Source: an uncultured archaeon (GTDB taxonomy: Archaea; Asgardarchaeota; Lokiarchaeia; Sigyniarchaeales; SOKP01). From it: 64,000 nt of DNA. How positions within the stretch are numbered: the stretch's first letter is position 1; every line of letters starts with the position of its first letter. The DNA lies in assembly GCA_964525635.1 (NCBI GenBank), contig CAZGJX010000003.1:1-64000 (forward strand), in the 5' to 3' direction. A program made the position numbers and the translations under genes. Positions 51,946 through 61,594 of this stretch are shown here, piece after piece. The notes under the pieces are model-generated. The model saw nothing but the letters and a program-made list of their open reading frames with translations. It searched no databases and was not told the origin of the DNA.

Positions 51946-54141
51946 ATGGATGATAATCAGATAGAAAAGTATATTTCAATTGGAAAATATGAAGATGCAC
52001 TAAATAACCTCAAGTTAATTGAGAAAGAGAGAATTTTATCAACTGATGAAGATTTATTAAAAAAATATGTATTATCTTTTATTTCTCTTGATAAAGGAGA
52101 TTTTGAGAAAGGAATAAGAATTGCTGATAAACTTATAAAGGAAGCCTATGAAGAAAATAATATTTTAGGGGAGATTAATGGTATAATTGCAAAGACCGAA
52201 AATACTAGTACCTTAGGGCTATTTAAAGAATCGCTTAAATTAATAGAGGAGGGCGAATTAATCCTTAAAAATTGTAAAAATATTTTCCCAGTTGTTAAAA
52301 AACAAAAACAAGCTTATCTAATTTATTTAAAAGGAAGAATATATCGAGATACTCATTATATTTTTGATGCAATAAAATTTTTAAAAAAAAGTTATAAATT
52401 AAGAAAAGAAATAAATGATAAAGTTGGAATGATGTGGTCTTTATTAAATTTGGCCTCCATCATTAATGTTAATGGTAATTTTAAAAGTGCAGAAAGATAT
52501 TTTAATGAAAGTCTAACAATAGCAGAAGAATTAAATATTGAGGAGGGAATAACATGGAATTTAATTTATTTTGGTTGGTTAAAGTATCATCAAAGAGATC
52601 TAACTAAAGCAATTTCTTATGCTAAAAGATGTCTCTCTATTTGTGAACCAAAAAATTATAATTATCCAAATACAAGATGTTATGATCTTATCGGACATTG
52701 TTATCTTTTAAAAGGAAAATTAAACACAGCTTTACTTTATTTTGAGAAAAGCCTGAATATAAGAGAAATTGAAGGATATAAACAGATGCTACCAGTATCA
52801 TATTATTCTATTGGATTAGTTTATTGCCAGAAAGGAGAATTTAAACGAAGTTTAAGTTATTATGAAAAAACTTTAGAATTATTAGATCTTGAAGTAAGAG
52901 AACTGGTAATACCTGTGTATTTAAACGCAATTGGTAAGGTTTATGGTGAAATAAATAATTTCCAAGCTGCAAAAGAACATTTACTAGAAGCTTTAAATAT
53001 ATTAGAAAAGAATGAAATACCATTGTTTCAATTTTTAAACTTTAACGTCTCTATTACATCTACATTACATAATTTAATTTTACTCTCCGTGAATAATAAT
53101 GATCTTAAGAATGTTAAAAATTACTTAGAAAAAATACATAAAATAAGTATGGATAATCCGGATATTAAGCAATTTGATCATCTTTATCATTTAGATAAAG
53201 CTATAATTTTAAAATCAAAAAATCGTTTAATGGATAAGATGGAAGCAGTAAATATTCTTGAAAATATAATAAAAGAAGAAATTATAGATCATGAAATAAC
53301 AGTAGAGGCTATGAAAAATTTATGCGAAATTTTATTATATGAATTAGAATTATCGGGAGATAAAGATATTCTACGAGAAATAGAGGCCCTTTCAGAAAGA
53401 TTACTTGAAATTAGTAGATCAGAATATTTATATGATTTATTAGCTGAAACTTATTTCTTTAAAGCAAAAATATCCTTATTAAATTTAGAGACTCAAAAAG
53501 CACGTTTATTATTAACAAAAGCACAGAATATTGCAAATGAGCATGATTTAATAAGATTAGCATCCAAGATATCAAATGAGCACGATTCGCTTTTAAAAAA
53601 TCTTGATGAATGGGAAATAAAAATTAAACAATCTGAATCTTTAAAGGATATATTGCATAATAAAAAAGATGATTTTCTTTTTATAAAAAAAGACTTATCC
53701 GATAATAATAAAGAATCAAAGAATTATGATATTCCTGTCTATTTCATTATTATTAATAATATAAATGCTGAATATTTATATAATAAAGCATTTCAAAATA
53801 TTAATATTGATAATGCGAGCCTTATAGCAGGATATATATCAGCAATTAATATATTTGGGAAAGAAACCTTTTCATCCTCAGGTACGATCTCTCGAATTAA
53901 ACATGGAGAATATCTAACAATTCTTCAATTAAAGAAGGAATTTTTATTTGGATATGTCTATAAAGGATATTCTTATTCCGCTATCTCTAAATTAAATAAC
54001 TTTATTCAATCTTTGAGTAAAGCAACGAATGATCTTGAAAATATTACTATAGATTTTGAAAAATATCTTAAACTTCCAGAAGGTATAAGTATAACAATTA
54101 ATAATTTAGTAAATGAAATTTTCTTGGAAAACAAAAATTGA
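51946..54141 (+). CDS. TPR + longin-like protein, copy 10 (mosaic)
   Basis: Full-length paralogue; N-terminal part like copy 4, C-terminal part like copy 8. Confidence 0.9.
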   Translation: MDDNQIEKYISIGKYEDALNNLKLIEKERILSTDEDLLKKYVLSFISLDKGDFEKGIRIADKLIKEAYEENNILGEINGIIAKTENTSTLGLFKESLKLIEEGELILKNCKNIFPVVKKQKQAYLIYLKGRIYRDTHYIFDAIKFLKKSYKLRKEINDKVGMMWSLLNLASIINVNGNFKSAERYFNESLTIAEELNIEEGITWNLIYFGWLKYHQRDLTKAISYAKRCLSICEPKNYNYPNTRCYDLIGHCYLLKGKLNTALLYFEKSLNIREIEGYKQMLPVSYYSIGLVYCQKGEFKRSLSYYEKTLELLDLEVRELVIPVYLNAIGKVYGEINNFQAAKEHLLEALNILEKNEIPLFQFLNFNVSITSTLHNLILLSVNNNDLKNVKNYLEKIHKISMDNPDIKQFDHLYHLDKAIILKSKNRLMDKMEAVNILENIIKEEIIDHEITVEAMKNLCEILLYELELSGDKDILREIEALSERLLEISRSEYLYDLLAETYFFKAKISLLNLETQKARLLLTKAQNIANEHDLIRLASKISNEHDSLLKNLDEWEIKIKQSESLKDILHNKKDDFLFIKKDLSDNNKESKNYDIPVYFIIINNINAEYLYNKAFQNINIDNASLIAGYISAINIFGKETFSSSGTISRIKHGEYLTILQLKKEFLFGYVYKGYSYSAISKLNNFIQSLSKATNDLENITIDFEKYLKLPEGISITINNLVNEIFLENKN

Positions 54142-54306
54142 ACTTATAGTTAATTTTTTTTGATACTTTTCAGATTTTTTATCAAATAGTTTGACTGAAT
54201 AAAACTATTTTATAATAAAATGAGGACAATTTCAATTCCAAAAGAGAATATTAAAAGATTTTAAACATTTATGAATATAACTTTATTATTATAATATTGA
54301 ATTAAA

Positions 54307-54695
54307 ATGGTACAAGTAAAAATTTATGGTCTAAAAGTTGAATTAACTAAAATTATTGATAAATTATCAAACACAATTCATTCCTGCATTATTGAAATTT
54401 TAGGATTACCAAAGGAAAAGAGATTTCATCGTTTTTTTTTATTAAAAAAAGAAGAATTTTACTACCCATCTAATCGTTCAAATAACTATAAATAATAGAA
54501 ATTATTATGTTTGAAGGAAGATCTATAAAAATAAAGAAGGATTTAATCAAATCACTTTATAAAGCAATTGGGGAGAAGTTATTTATTTCATCAAAAGATA
54601 TTGAAATTGTAATCTTGGAAAGTCCCAAATATAATTGGGGTATTAAAGGTCTATCTGGAGATGAATTATCATTAAATTATAAAACAGATATTTAA
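54307..54695 (+). pseudogene. tautomerase-family protein (4-OT/MSAD-like), split by a 1-nt frameshift near 54490
   Basis: GLPKEKRFHRF...RSNNY then IIEIIMFEGRS...NWG in the adjacent frame. Confidence 0.8.
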
Positions 54696-54706
54696 TATAT
54701 ATAATT

Positions 54707-55222
54707 ATGATTAATATTAATGAAGCAGATGTAAATGATGCAGAGGAAATATTGGATTTACAGAAAGAAGCTTATATAAGTGAAGCTGAAATATATAATG
54801 ATTATACAATTTCCCCACTCCATCAAACATTAGAAGAAATAAAACATGACTTTTCATATAAAAAATTTGTCAAACTAATAATCAATAGAAAGATTATTGG
54901 CTCTATTAGAGGATTTAATAAGAATGACACTTGTTATATAGAAAGAATAATCGTTCAACCTAATTATCAGAATCAGGGTCTTGGAAAAAAGTTATTAAGA
55001 AAGTTAGAGAAAATATTTGATAAATCAAAAAGATATGAGCTTTATTCTGGATATAAGAGCGAAAAAAATTTGTATTTTTATAAAAAGAATGGATATAGAC
55101 CATTTAAAGAAGAAATATTGAATGAAAATGTAAAACTTATCTTTTTAGAAAAATATAAACAAAAGAATAATATTAATATTCAATTTGATTTCTCTAAATC
55201 TTGGATTAGCAATAATTTATGA
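54707..55222 (+). CDS. GNAT-family acetyltransferase
   Basis: IIGSIRG, VQPNYQNQGLG, NLYFYKKNGY. Confidence 0.92.
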   Translation: MININEADVNDAEEILDLQKEAYISEAEIYNDYTISPLHQTLEEIKHDFSYKKFVKLIINRKIIGSIRGFNKNDTCYIERIIVQPNYQNQGLGKKLLRKLEKIFDKSKRYELYSGYKSEKNLYFYKKNGYRPFKEEILNENVKLIFLEKYKQKNNINIQFDFSKSWISNNL

Positions 55223-55463
55223 AAAGAATAAATTAATCTATAAATTTAAAAAAGGGGAATATATTGAATCAAATAGGACTGTTTAAAAAAAAAATGATTT
55301 TAAAGAAAATTTGTTTACTCCCCTATAAAGAAATATAAATAAAAGACAAATAATCATCATAAAATAGATTTATAAAAGAATACTTCTTTATAAATTAATC
55401 AAGCAATATATCTACTCTAAAGGTTATTTGTAATAGAGAAAAAAATAAAAAAATCATTGAGAT

Positions 55464-56966
55464 ATGTCAGATTACTTAAAGAATAAAAGTTTTTTGGATT
55501 TTATTTTAAAAGAATCAAATGAAAAGTATAATTTCATACTTCAGAATACAAATGATTTGATTCAAATTCTCAATGATAAATTTAAAATTGATTATATAAA
55601 TGACCAAGCTCATTTTAAAACAATAGGATATTCTAGCGAAGATTTAATTGGAAATAACTTAGGAGAACTCATTCATCCAAATGAGTCCAAGGACGTCAGA
55701 CTTTTCTTAGAAAACCTTCTAAAAAATGGTGAAACAGAACGTGAAGGAAGATTAAAACATAAAAATGGGAATTGGATTTGGTTTAATATAAGAGGAAAAA
55801 AAATTTTAGATCTAAATGATGAGATAAAATATTTGATAATTTCGAGAGAAATCTCAAAAGAAAAAAAAGTAGAAGAAGAGTTAAAAACTTCTGAAGAGAA
55901 ATATCGTCTTATAACAGAAAATGCAAATGATTTAATTGATATTATTGATAAAGATTTTAAAATTGAATATATCAATGAAGAAGTCCATAAAAAAATACTA
56001 GGTTATTCAAAAAAAGATTTAATTGGAAAATTAGCTATTAATTTTGTCCATCCAGATGATTTTTTAACTGCTATGAAATCTTTAAAAAGAGGAATTAAGC
56101 AAGGTGAGGGAGAAGCAGAAATAAGATTTAAACATAAAAATGGAAATTGGGTATGGTTAGAAATTAGAGGGAGAATATTTATAGATATTAATGGTAAGGA
56201 GAAAGGATTATTAATTTCTAGAGATGAAACAAAAAGAAAAGAAGCTGAAGAAAAATTAAAAAAGACATTAGAAGAATTAAAACGTTCTAATGCGGATTTA
56301 GAGCAATTTGCTTATATTGCTTCACATGATCTTCAGGAACCTCTCCGTATGGTGGCTAGCTTTACACAATTATTGGGCAAACGTTATAAAGATAAATTAG
56401 ATTCAGACGCAAATGATTTTATTAATTTCGCAGTAGATGGTGCTAAACGAATGCAAGAATTGATAAATGATTTATTAACCTATTCAAAAGTAAGAACACA
56501 TGGGCAACCCTTTGAGGAAGTTGATTTAAATAAGATCCTGAAAGATGTTCTAAAGAATTTAAAATTTTCTATTGATGATTCAGATACTATATTTACCTAT
56601 GATCCTTTACCTGTAATAATGGGTGATAGCTTACAGATCTCTCAATTATTTCAAAATTTAATTTCAAATGCAATAAAATTTAATGATAAAGAACAACCTA
56701 TGGTTAGTATATCTATAAAAACAAAAAAAAAAGATTGGGTTTTTTCTATTCGTGATAATGGAATTGGAATAGATCCTAAATATTATGATACCATATTTAA
56801 AATCTTTAAAAGATTGCATAGTAGAAAAGATTATCCAGGATCAGGAATAGGACTATCGATATGCAAGAAAATAATTAAACGTCATGCGGGAGAGATTTGG
56901 GTTGAATCAGAAGAAGGAAGAGGTTCAGTATTTTATTTTTCAATTCCAAAAATTAAAATTAGATAA
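55464..56966 (+). CDS. two-PAS histidine kinase (Cph1-like kinase core)
   Basis: FAYIASHDLQEPLR, QNLISNAIKF, DNGIG, GSGIGL. Confidence 0.95.
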   Translation: MSDYLKNKSFLDFILKESNEKYNFILQNTNDLIQILNDKFKIDYINDQAHFKTIGYSSEDLIGNNLGELIHPNESKDVRLFLENLLKNGETEREGRLKHKNGNWIWFNIRGKKILDLNDEIKYLIISREISKEKKVEEELKTSEEKYRLITENANDLIDIIDKDFKIEYINEEVHKKILGYSKKDLIGKLAINFVHPDDFLTAMKSLKRGIKQGEGEAEIRFKHKNGNWVWLEIRGRIFIDINGKEKGLLISRDETKRKEAEEKLKKTLEELKRSNADLEQFAYIASHDLQEPLRMVASFTQLLGKRYKDKLDSDANDFINFAVDGAKRMQELINDLLTYSKVRTHGQPFEEVDLNKILKDVLKNLKFSIDDSDTIFTYDPLPVIMGDSLQISQLFQNLISNAIKFNDKEQPMVSISIKTKKKDWVFSIRDNGIGIDPKYYDTIFKIFKRLHSRKDYPGSGIGLSICKKIIKRHAGEIWVESEEGRGSVFYFSIPKIKIR

Positions 56967-57058
56967 TTTTATTTTATACTAAATTTAAAAAGTGTGGAAA
57001 AAAATAATAGAATGGATAAAATAAATATAATTCTATTATAAAAAAAAAATGAGATAAA

Positions 57059-57496
57059 ATGACTGTTATTAATATTTTATTAGTTGAAGATAATCCTGGT
57101 GATGTTAGGTTATTTAAAGAATCATTTAAAGAAAGTGAAATTGAAAATAAACTTCATGTGGTTGGAGATGGAGTTGAGGCGATGTCATTTTTAAAGAAAG
57201 AGGGGAAGTATATAGATAGCCCACGTCCTAACCTTATCCTCTTAGATATTCGAATGCCAAAAAAAAATGGATATGAAGTCCTTGATGATATTAGAAAAGA
57301 AGAATCATTAAGTAATATTCCAGTTGTAATTCTTACTGCTACAGAAGTAAAAGATGAAAGTATTAAGAATTACTCGAGTGATGTAATTTGTTTTCTTAAA
57401 AAACCAGAGAGTATGGATCAATTTATATTAGGTGTACAATCAATCTTCCGCTTTTTATTTTTATCAAATACATTTAATAAAGATAAAGAGAAATAG
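57059..57496 (+). CDS. single-domain response regulator (Rcp1-like)
   Basis: LLVEDN, LLDIRMPKKNG, KP. Confidence 0.93.
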   Translation: MTVINILLVEDNPGDVRLFKESFKESEIENKLHVVGDGVEAMSFLKKEGKYIDSPRPNLILLDIRMPKKNGYEVLDDIRKEESLSNIPVVILTATEVKDESIKNYSSDVICFLKKPESMDQFILGVQSIFRFLFLSNTFNKDKEK

Positions 57497-57529
57497 ATAT
57501 AACTATAATTTAAGAAAAAAATCAATAAA

Positions 57530-57970
57530 ATGAATAAAATTGAGATTTTATTAGTTGAAGATAATTCAGGAGATATTCGTTTAATAAAAGAAGCATTTAA
57601 AGAAACTAAAATCCCAAATAAACTTCATGTGGTGGGAGATGGTTTAGAAGCTATTTCATTTTTAAGAAATGAAGGTAAATATATGGATGAACAACAACCA
57701 GACCTCATTATATTAGATTTAAATTTACCTAAAAAAGATGGATATGAAGTTTTAACCACAATTAAACAGGATAAATCTTTAAAAAAAATACCTGTTTTAA
57801 TTCTCTCCGTGTCAGCAGCAGAAGAAGATATAAAGAAATCTTATGAATGTCATGCAAATTGTTTTATTAAAAAACCAGTTGATATGGATCAATTTATTGA
57901 TATTATAAAAAGCATTGGTAATTTTTGGTTTGAAATTGTTAAACTACCACCAAAAGAACATATAAAATAA
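57530..57970 (+). CDS. single-domain response regulator (Rcp1-like)
   Basis: LLVEDN, ILDLNLPKKDG, KPVD, FW. Confidence 0.95.
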   Translation: MNKIEILLVEDNSGDIRLIKEAFKETKIPNKLHVVGDGLEAISFLRNEGKYMDEQQPDLIILDLNLPKKDGYEVLTTIKQDKSLKKIPVLILSVSAAEEDIKKSYECHANCFIKKPVDMDQFIDIIKSIGNFWFEIVKLPPKEHIK

Positions 57971-58004
57971 AAGAATAAAAAAAAATAAAATTAAGAAATA
58001 GAAA

Positions 58005-58877
58005 TTAATTATTTCTAGAGAGATCTAATTCCCCGTTTAACGCCTCAGATATTCCAAACCTTTTTGCCCAATTTTGAATGAATTTTCTCCTTTTGTTAAA
58101 CGTCATATCTAAAGCAATTATTCCTAAGACCATCATAAAAGCAATAAATATAGGCATAAATGGCCAAATTATATAAATTAACAGATTAGCTGCACCTCCA
58201 TCTGATTCAATTGATAACAAGTGTGTATAGAAAGTATAAAAAGAGATAATAACTGCAACTCCAGCATAGCCCTTCATAAGATATATATACCACCCACCAA
58301 CACTTCTAATTTCAATTGGATCAGAACGATCTCTTACTTTTTTCTTATTAGTATAAACAATTCCAGCATCCAACAAGAACCAAGTGGGAGAAAATATAGC
58401 CATAGAAACTCCCGTTATTAAAGGGAGTATTACCGAAAATGCAAGCATTTGTGCCATAGATGTTTCGGGTTCACGAAGGGTTATTTCTTGAATAGTTGAA
58501 TTAGCACTAAAAACTAAACATAAATTAACTGTCAATAATGCAGGAAATAATGCTTTAAAAAAAACTCCTTTAATTTTATTACTTTGAGCTCTATTTTGAA
58601 ATCCGTATATCATCTTTCGGCCAATTGTTTTTTTATGAACAAATAAAAAGAATGGTCCAAGAATATAGCCACCAACTATAGCTCCAACTATACTCCCAAT
58701 AATTGTAAAAATTAAAATCCATAAAGATTGAGTTCCTTGTGTAGGAACAGGAATAACTTTTGCATAACCTTTATCTCCCCTACCTACAACATACAATGTT
58801 ATAAAAATAAAAACCATCATTAAACCAATTATTATCAAATAAGGAGTTAAGATTTTCTTGTATTTTTCTATTGTCAT
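58005..58877 (-). CDS. hypothetical membrane protein (about 6 TM helices)
   Basis: 290-aa hydrophobic ORF. Confidence 0.75.
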   Translation of the reverse strand: MTIEKYKKILTPYLIIIGLMMVFIFITLYVVGRGDKGYAKVIPVPTQGTQSLWILIFTIIGSIVGAIVGGYILGPFFLFVHKKTIGRKMIYGFQNRAQSNKIKGVFFKALFPALLTVNLCLVFSANSTIQEITLREPETSMAQMLAFSVILPLITGVSMAIFSPTWFLLDAGIVYTNKKKVRDRSDPIEIRSVGGWYIYLMKGYAGVAVIISFYTFYTHLLSIESDGGAANLLIYIIWPFMPIFIAFMMVLGIIALDMTFNKRRKFIQNWAKRFGISEALNGELDLSRNN

Positions 58878-59056
58878 TTTTTAAGAGAATTAATTATAAA
58901 TTTTTGTTATAATAATTATCAACTCCATATTTTTAACTTATTTATATTCAAATGCTTAAATTTAAAAATAAAAAGAAAATATTTTTAAAAAACTGAATTT
59001 TCATCTTGAACTAATAATATGTTTATCCTCTGAATATAATAATATTAGAAGTTATA

Positions 59057-59994
59057 TTACTTATTTTTGGGATTAGCTAATCTATTTTTTTTCTCATTAT
59101 AATATAAAATATAGTTTTTTCCCAATATTTTTTCTAATTGGGAATGGAATTGGGAATTTTTTTTTTAATCCATCTCATTCCATGTTTGATTGTCTAAATC
59201 AATCTTTTTTCCACTCTGTTTAGTCCTATTTCAGTTGCTAGTTCATCATGAACTCTAATATTTGCTTCTTTAATCCAAGTTTGCATTAGATCGATTATTT
59301 TCTGTGACATATATTTTGATAAGTCCTTAATATTATTTCCCACAGATTTTCTCACAGATATTGATGGATCACTATTTAATTTAGTTAAAATATCTAAGAT
59401 CTTATCATTTTGATTTGAATCTCTTAACCATTTGATTTCTGCTTTTGGTCTTAAGGATTCAGCAACAAACCGTCTCAAATTCTGATTTTTATCATTAATC
59501 CAATTTGTTAGAACCAATAAAACATCATCAGGTTTTTTTTTTAATCCAGATAAGACACAAAAGCAGATACTCTCTCTAACAGTCCAATCATTATGATCAG
59601 CATATATTTTTATAAAGGGTACAATATCCTCAAAATTATCAGGAAAATTATAGATATATTCTGATAAAATAAGTAAAGCAAATTGTTGTATAGATCTATT
59701 ATTATAGGTTTCTCCCTATTTAAATGCTTTTTCTGATAATTCTATATAGTACTCCTTATCTATATTGATTATTTTTTTTAAATAATTCATTATCTCTTTT
59801 GAAACATATGTAGAGATATAAGAACTCCCCTTGCCTATTCTCTCATTTTCAGGAATAATATTATATTCATTTTTGAGAAATAGATTCATTTTATTAAGTA
59901 ATAAATTATTTTTATCGATCTTCCAACTCTTAATTCTTTTACAAAATTCTAATGTGCATTGCCTGATTAAATTTGAAGAACTTATTGATACCAT
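59057..59994 (-). pseudogene. HEAT-repeat DNA alkylation repair (AlkD/AlkC-like) protein interrupted by two in-frame TAG and a homopolymer frameshift
   Basis: Reading through TAG 59716-18 gives ...YADHNDWTVRE...NLRRFVAESLRP...DPSISVRKSVGNNIKDLSK; second TAG at 59194-96 followed by TIKHGMRW. Confidence 0.75.
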
Positions 59995-60032
59995 TTTTCT
60001 TAATAAATAAATAATTTTTTCAAGTGATTATT

Positions 60033-61391
60033 CTATCTTATGTAATAATGATAATCACATGTTAATTCTTTATTTTCCCCTGGTGCTATTCGAATATTCC
60101 ATTTTACTAGACTATGTCCCGTTAGTGCCTCTGATCCCTTGAAAGATGCCCAATCATTACTTCTAAAATCAGATATAGTTATTTTCCCATCATGCGATGC
60201 AGTTATAGCATTACCTCCTAGATCACATTTGATTAAAAGATTTACAGATTCTTTCTTATAATTTATTATTTTTAGAGTCCCCTTTTTAGATACTTTATTG
60301 TAGTCATAATCATCAAAATGGATTGCATTTATTTCTCGTTCTATTTCTTCTTCAGAATATGTACCTCTGATATCAACTGCAATTGACAGAGGGATAAGGA
60401 GATTCTCCCCAATAGAAGTATAAGTTAATAATTCCTGACATAATGGTAATAAATCTTTTATTATTATCGCAGGTCCAGTTGTCCAAGGTACATTAGTATT
60501 ATTTGATATTTCAATTTGATGCCAAATCTCATTCTTGGTTAATTTAACAGGGGATATATATGACTTTGAGGATTTAGATTGAACATTAATACTTGAATGA
60601 CTTAAATGTAAATCCCAAGTATAGATGTGTTTAAATTCTTGTTTTGTAGAAATTAGAGGAATTATTGCTCTTTCTCCTACATTAACCGATATTTTTGAAA
60701 CTTTGTAGAGAAAAAAATCTTCTGATTTTTCACCACCTAATTCTGAGGGAATTGTAGGAGTAGTTGAGGTAAAATCTTCTGTACTAGGGGTTCTTTCTTC
60801 CATACCACCCATTCTTTGATCCATCATTACATTAGAGAACATTTGTTGTCCTACTAATTGAGGGGCTGTTTCTCTAAGAGAATTCTTAAGAATTGATTCA
60901 AAACTAAGAGGAGAAACCGAATCTTTGAATCTAAAATTGGGTACCCCAACAACTAAATCAATAGCAACATTTTCAAGATCTTCTGCTTCATTGATAAGTT
61001 CTGCTTGCATCCTAAGATTACATTCATTATTCTCATTTATTTTAATATGATATGTAGGAATCCAACGGATTCCAGGTCCAAAATAGATTATATTTGCCTC
61101 AATTGTCGTTCCTGCTGCTTTAGATTCAAATTGAAGTTCAAAATACTTTTCTTTTTCTTGAAGAGATTTTCTTGTAAAAATTTGTTGCTTTGCAATAATA
61201 TTAAGGAGTGTACCATTACTTGGAATTATCCAAAAGGACCCAATAACCATAGATTCAGGGATTTTATCAATAATTCCTTTACTATTTAGGTCTAAAGTGC
61301 CTATAGCTTTTTTAACAAATAAACAGTACCCATCTTTAAAGATAATTACTCTTAATGTCTTCAATTCAAATATATTTTTATTATTTTGCAT
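60033..61391 (-). CDS. DUF4139-like conserved protein
   Basis: GIRWIPTY, AELINEAEDL, LVVGVPNF, PWTTGPA. Confidence 0.65.
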   Translation of the reverse strand: MQNNKNIFELKTLRVIIFKDGYCLFVKKAIGTLDLNSKGIIDKIPESMVIGSFWIIPSNGTLLNIIAKQQIFTRKSLQEKEKYFELQFESKAAGTTIEANIIYFGPGIRWIPTYHIKINENNECNLRMQAELINEAEDLENVAIDLVVGVPNFRFKDSVSPLSFESILKNSLRETAPQLVGQQMFSNVMMDQRMGGMEERTPSTEDFTSTTPTIPSELGGEKSEDFFLYKVSKISVNVGERAIIPLISTKQEFKHIYTWDLHLSHSSINVQSKSSKSYISPVKLTKNEIWHQIEISNNTNVPWTTGPAIIIKDLLPLCQELLTYTSIGENLLIPLSIAVDIRGTYSEEEIEREINAIHFDDYDYNKVSKKGTLKIINYKKESVNLLIKCDLGGNAITASHDGKITISDFRSNDWASFKGSEALTGHSLVKWNIRIAPGENKELTCDYHYYIR

Positions 61392-61594
61392 TATCTTTCC
61401 GTCTATTACTTTATGTTATTAAAAATATTTAAGAAATAATATAAACATTTAGTTAATCAACTTTGATATCTTCAATAAAAATTTCTACGTAATAAAGAAA
61501 TAGTAGAAAAGTTAAATATATAATATGATCTTTTATTCAAATAAAACGATTAAGAATATATCCCCATAATTCATTAACTATATAAGTATTTATT

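Noticed and set aside
19795-54141. Diversity-generating retroelement acting on the TPR array
   Set aside because: No reverse transcriptase in the window and no template/variable repeat pair with adenine-specific differences noticed.
54480-54510. Possible BHB intron in the tautomerase gene
   Set aside because: The lesion is a missing base, not an insertion, and no BHB fold is apparent.
59194-59718. Genome-wide TAG recoding (pyrrolysine)
   Set aside because: TAG terminates apparently intact genes here (5156, 5877, 17285, 51773, 57496, 60033) and the same gene also has a frameshift.
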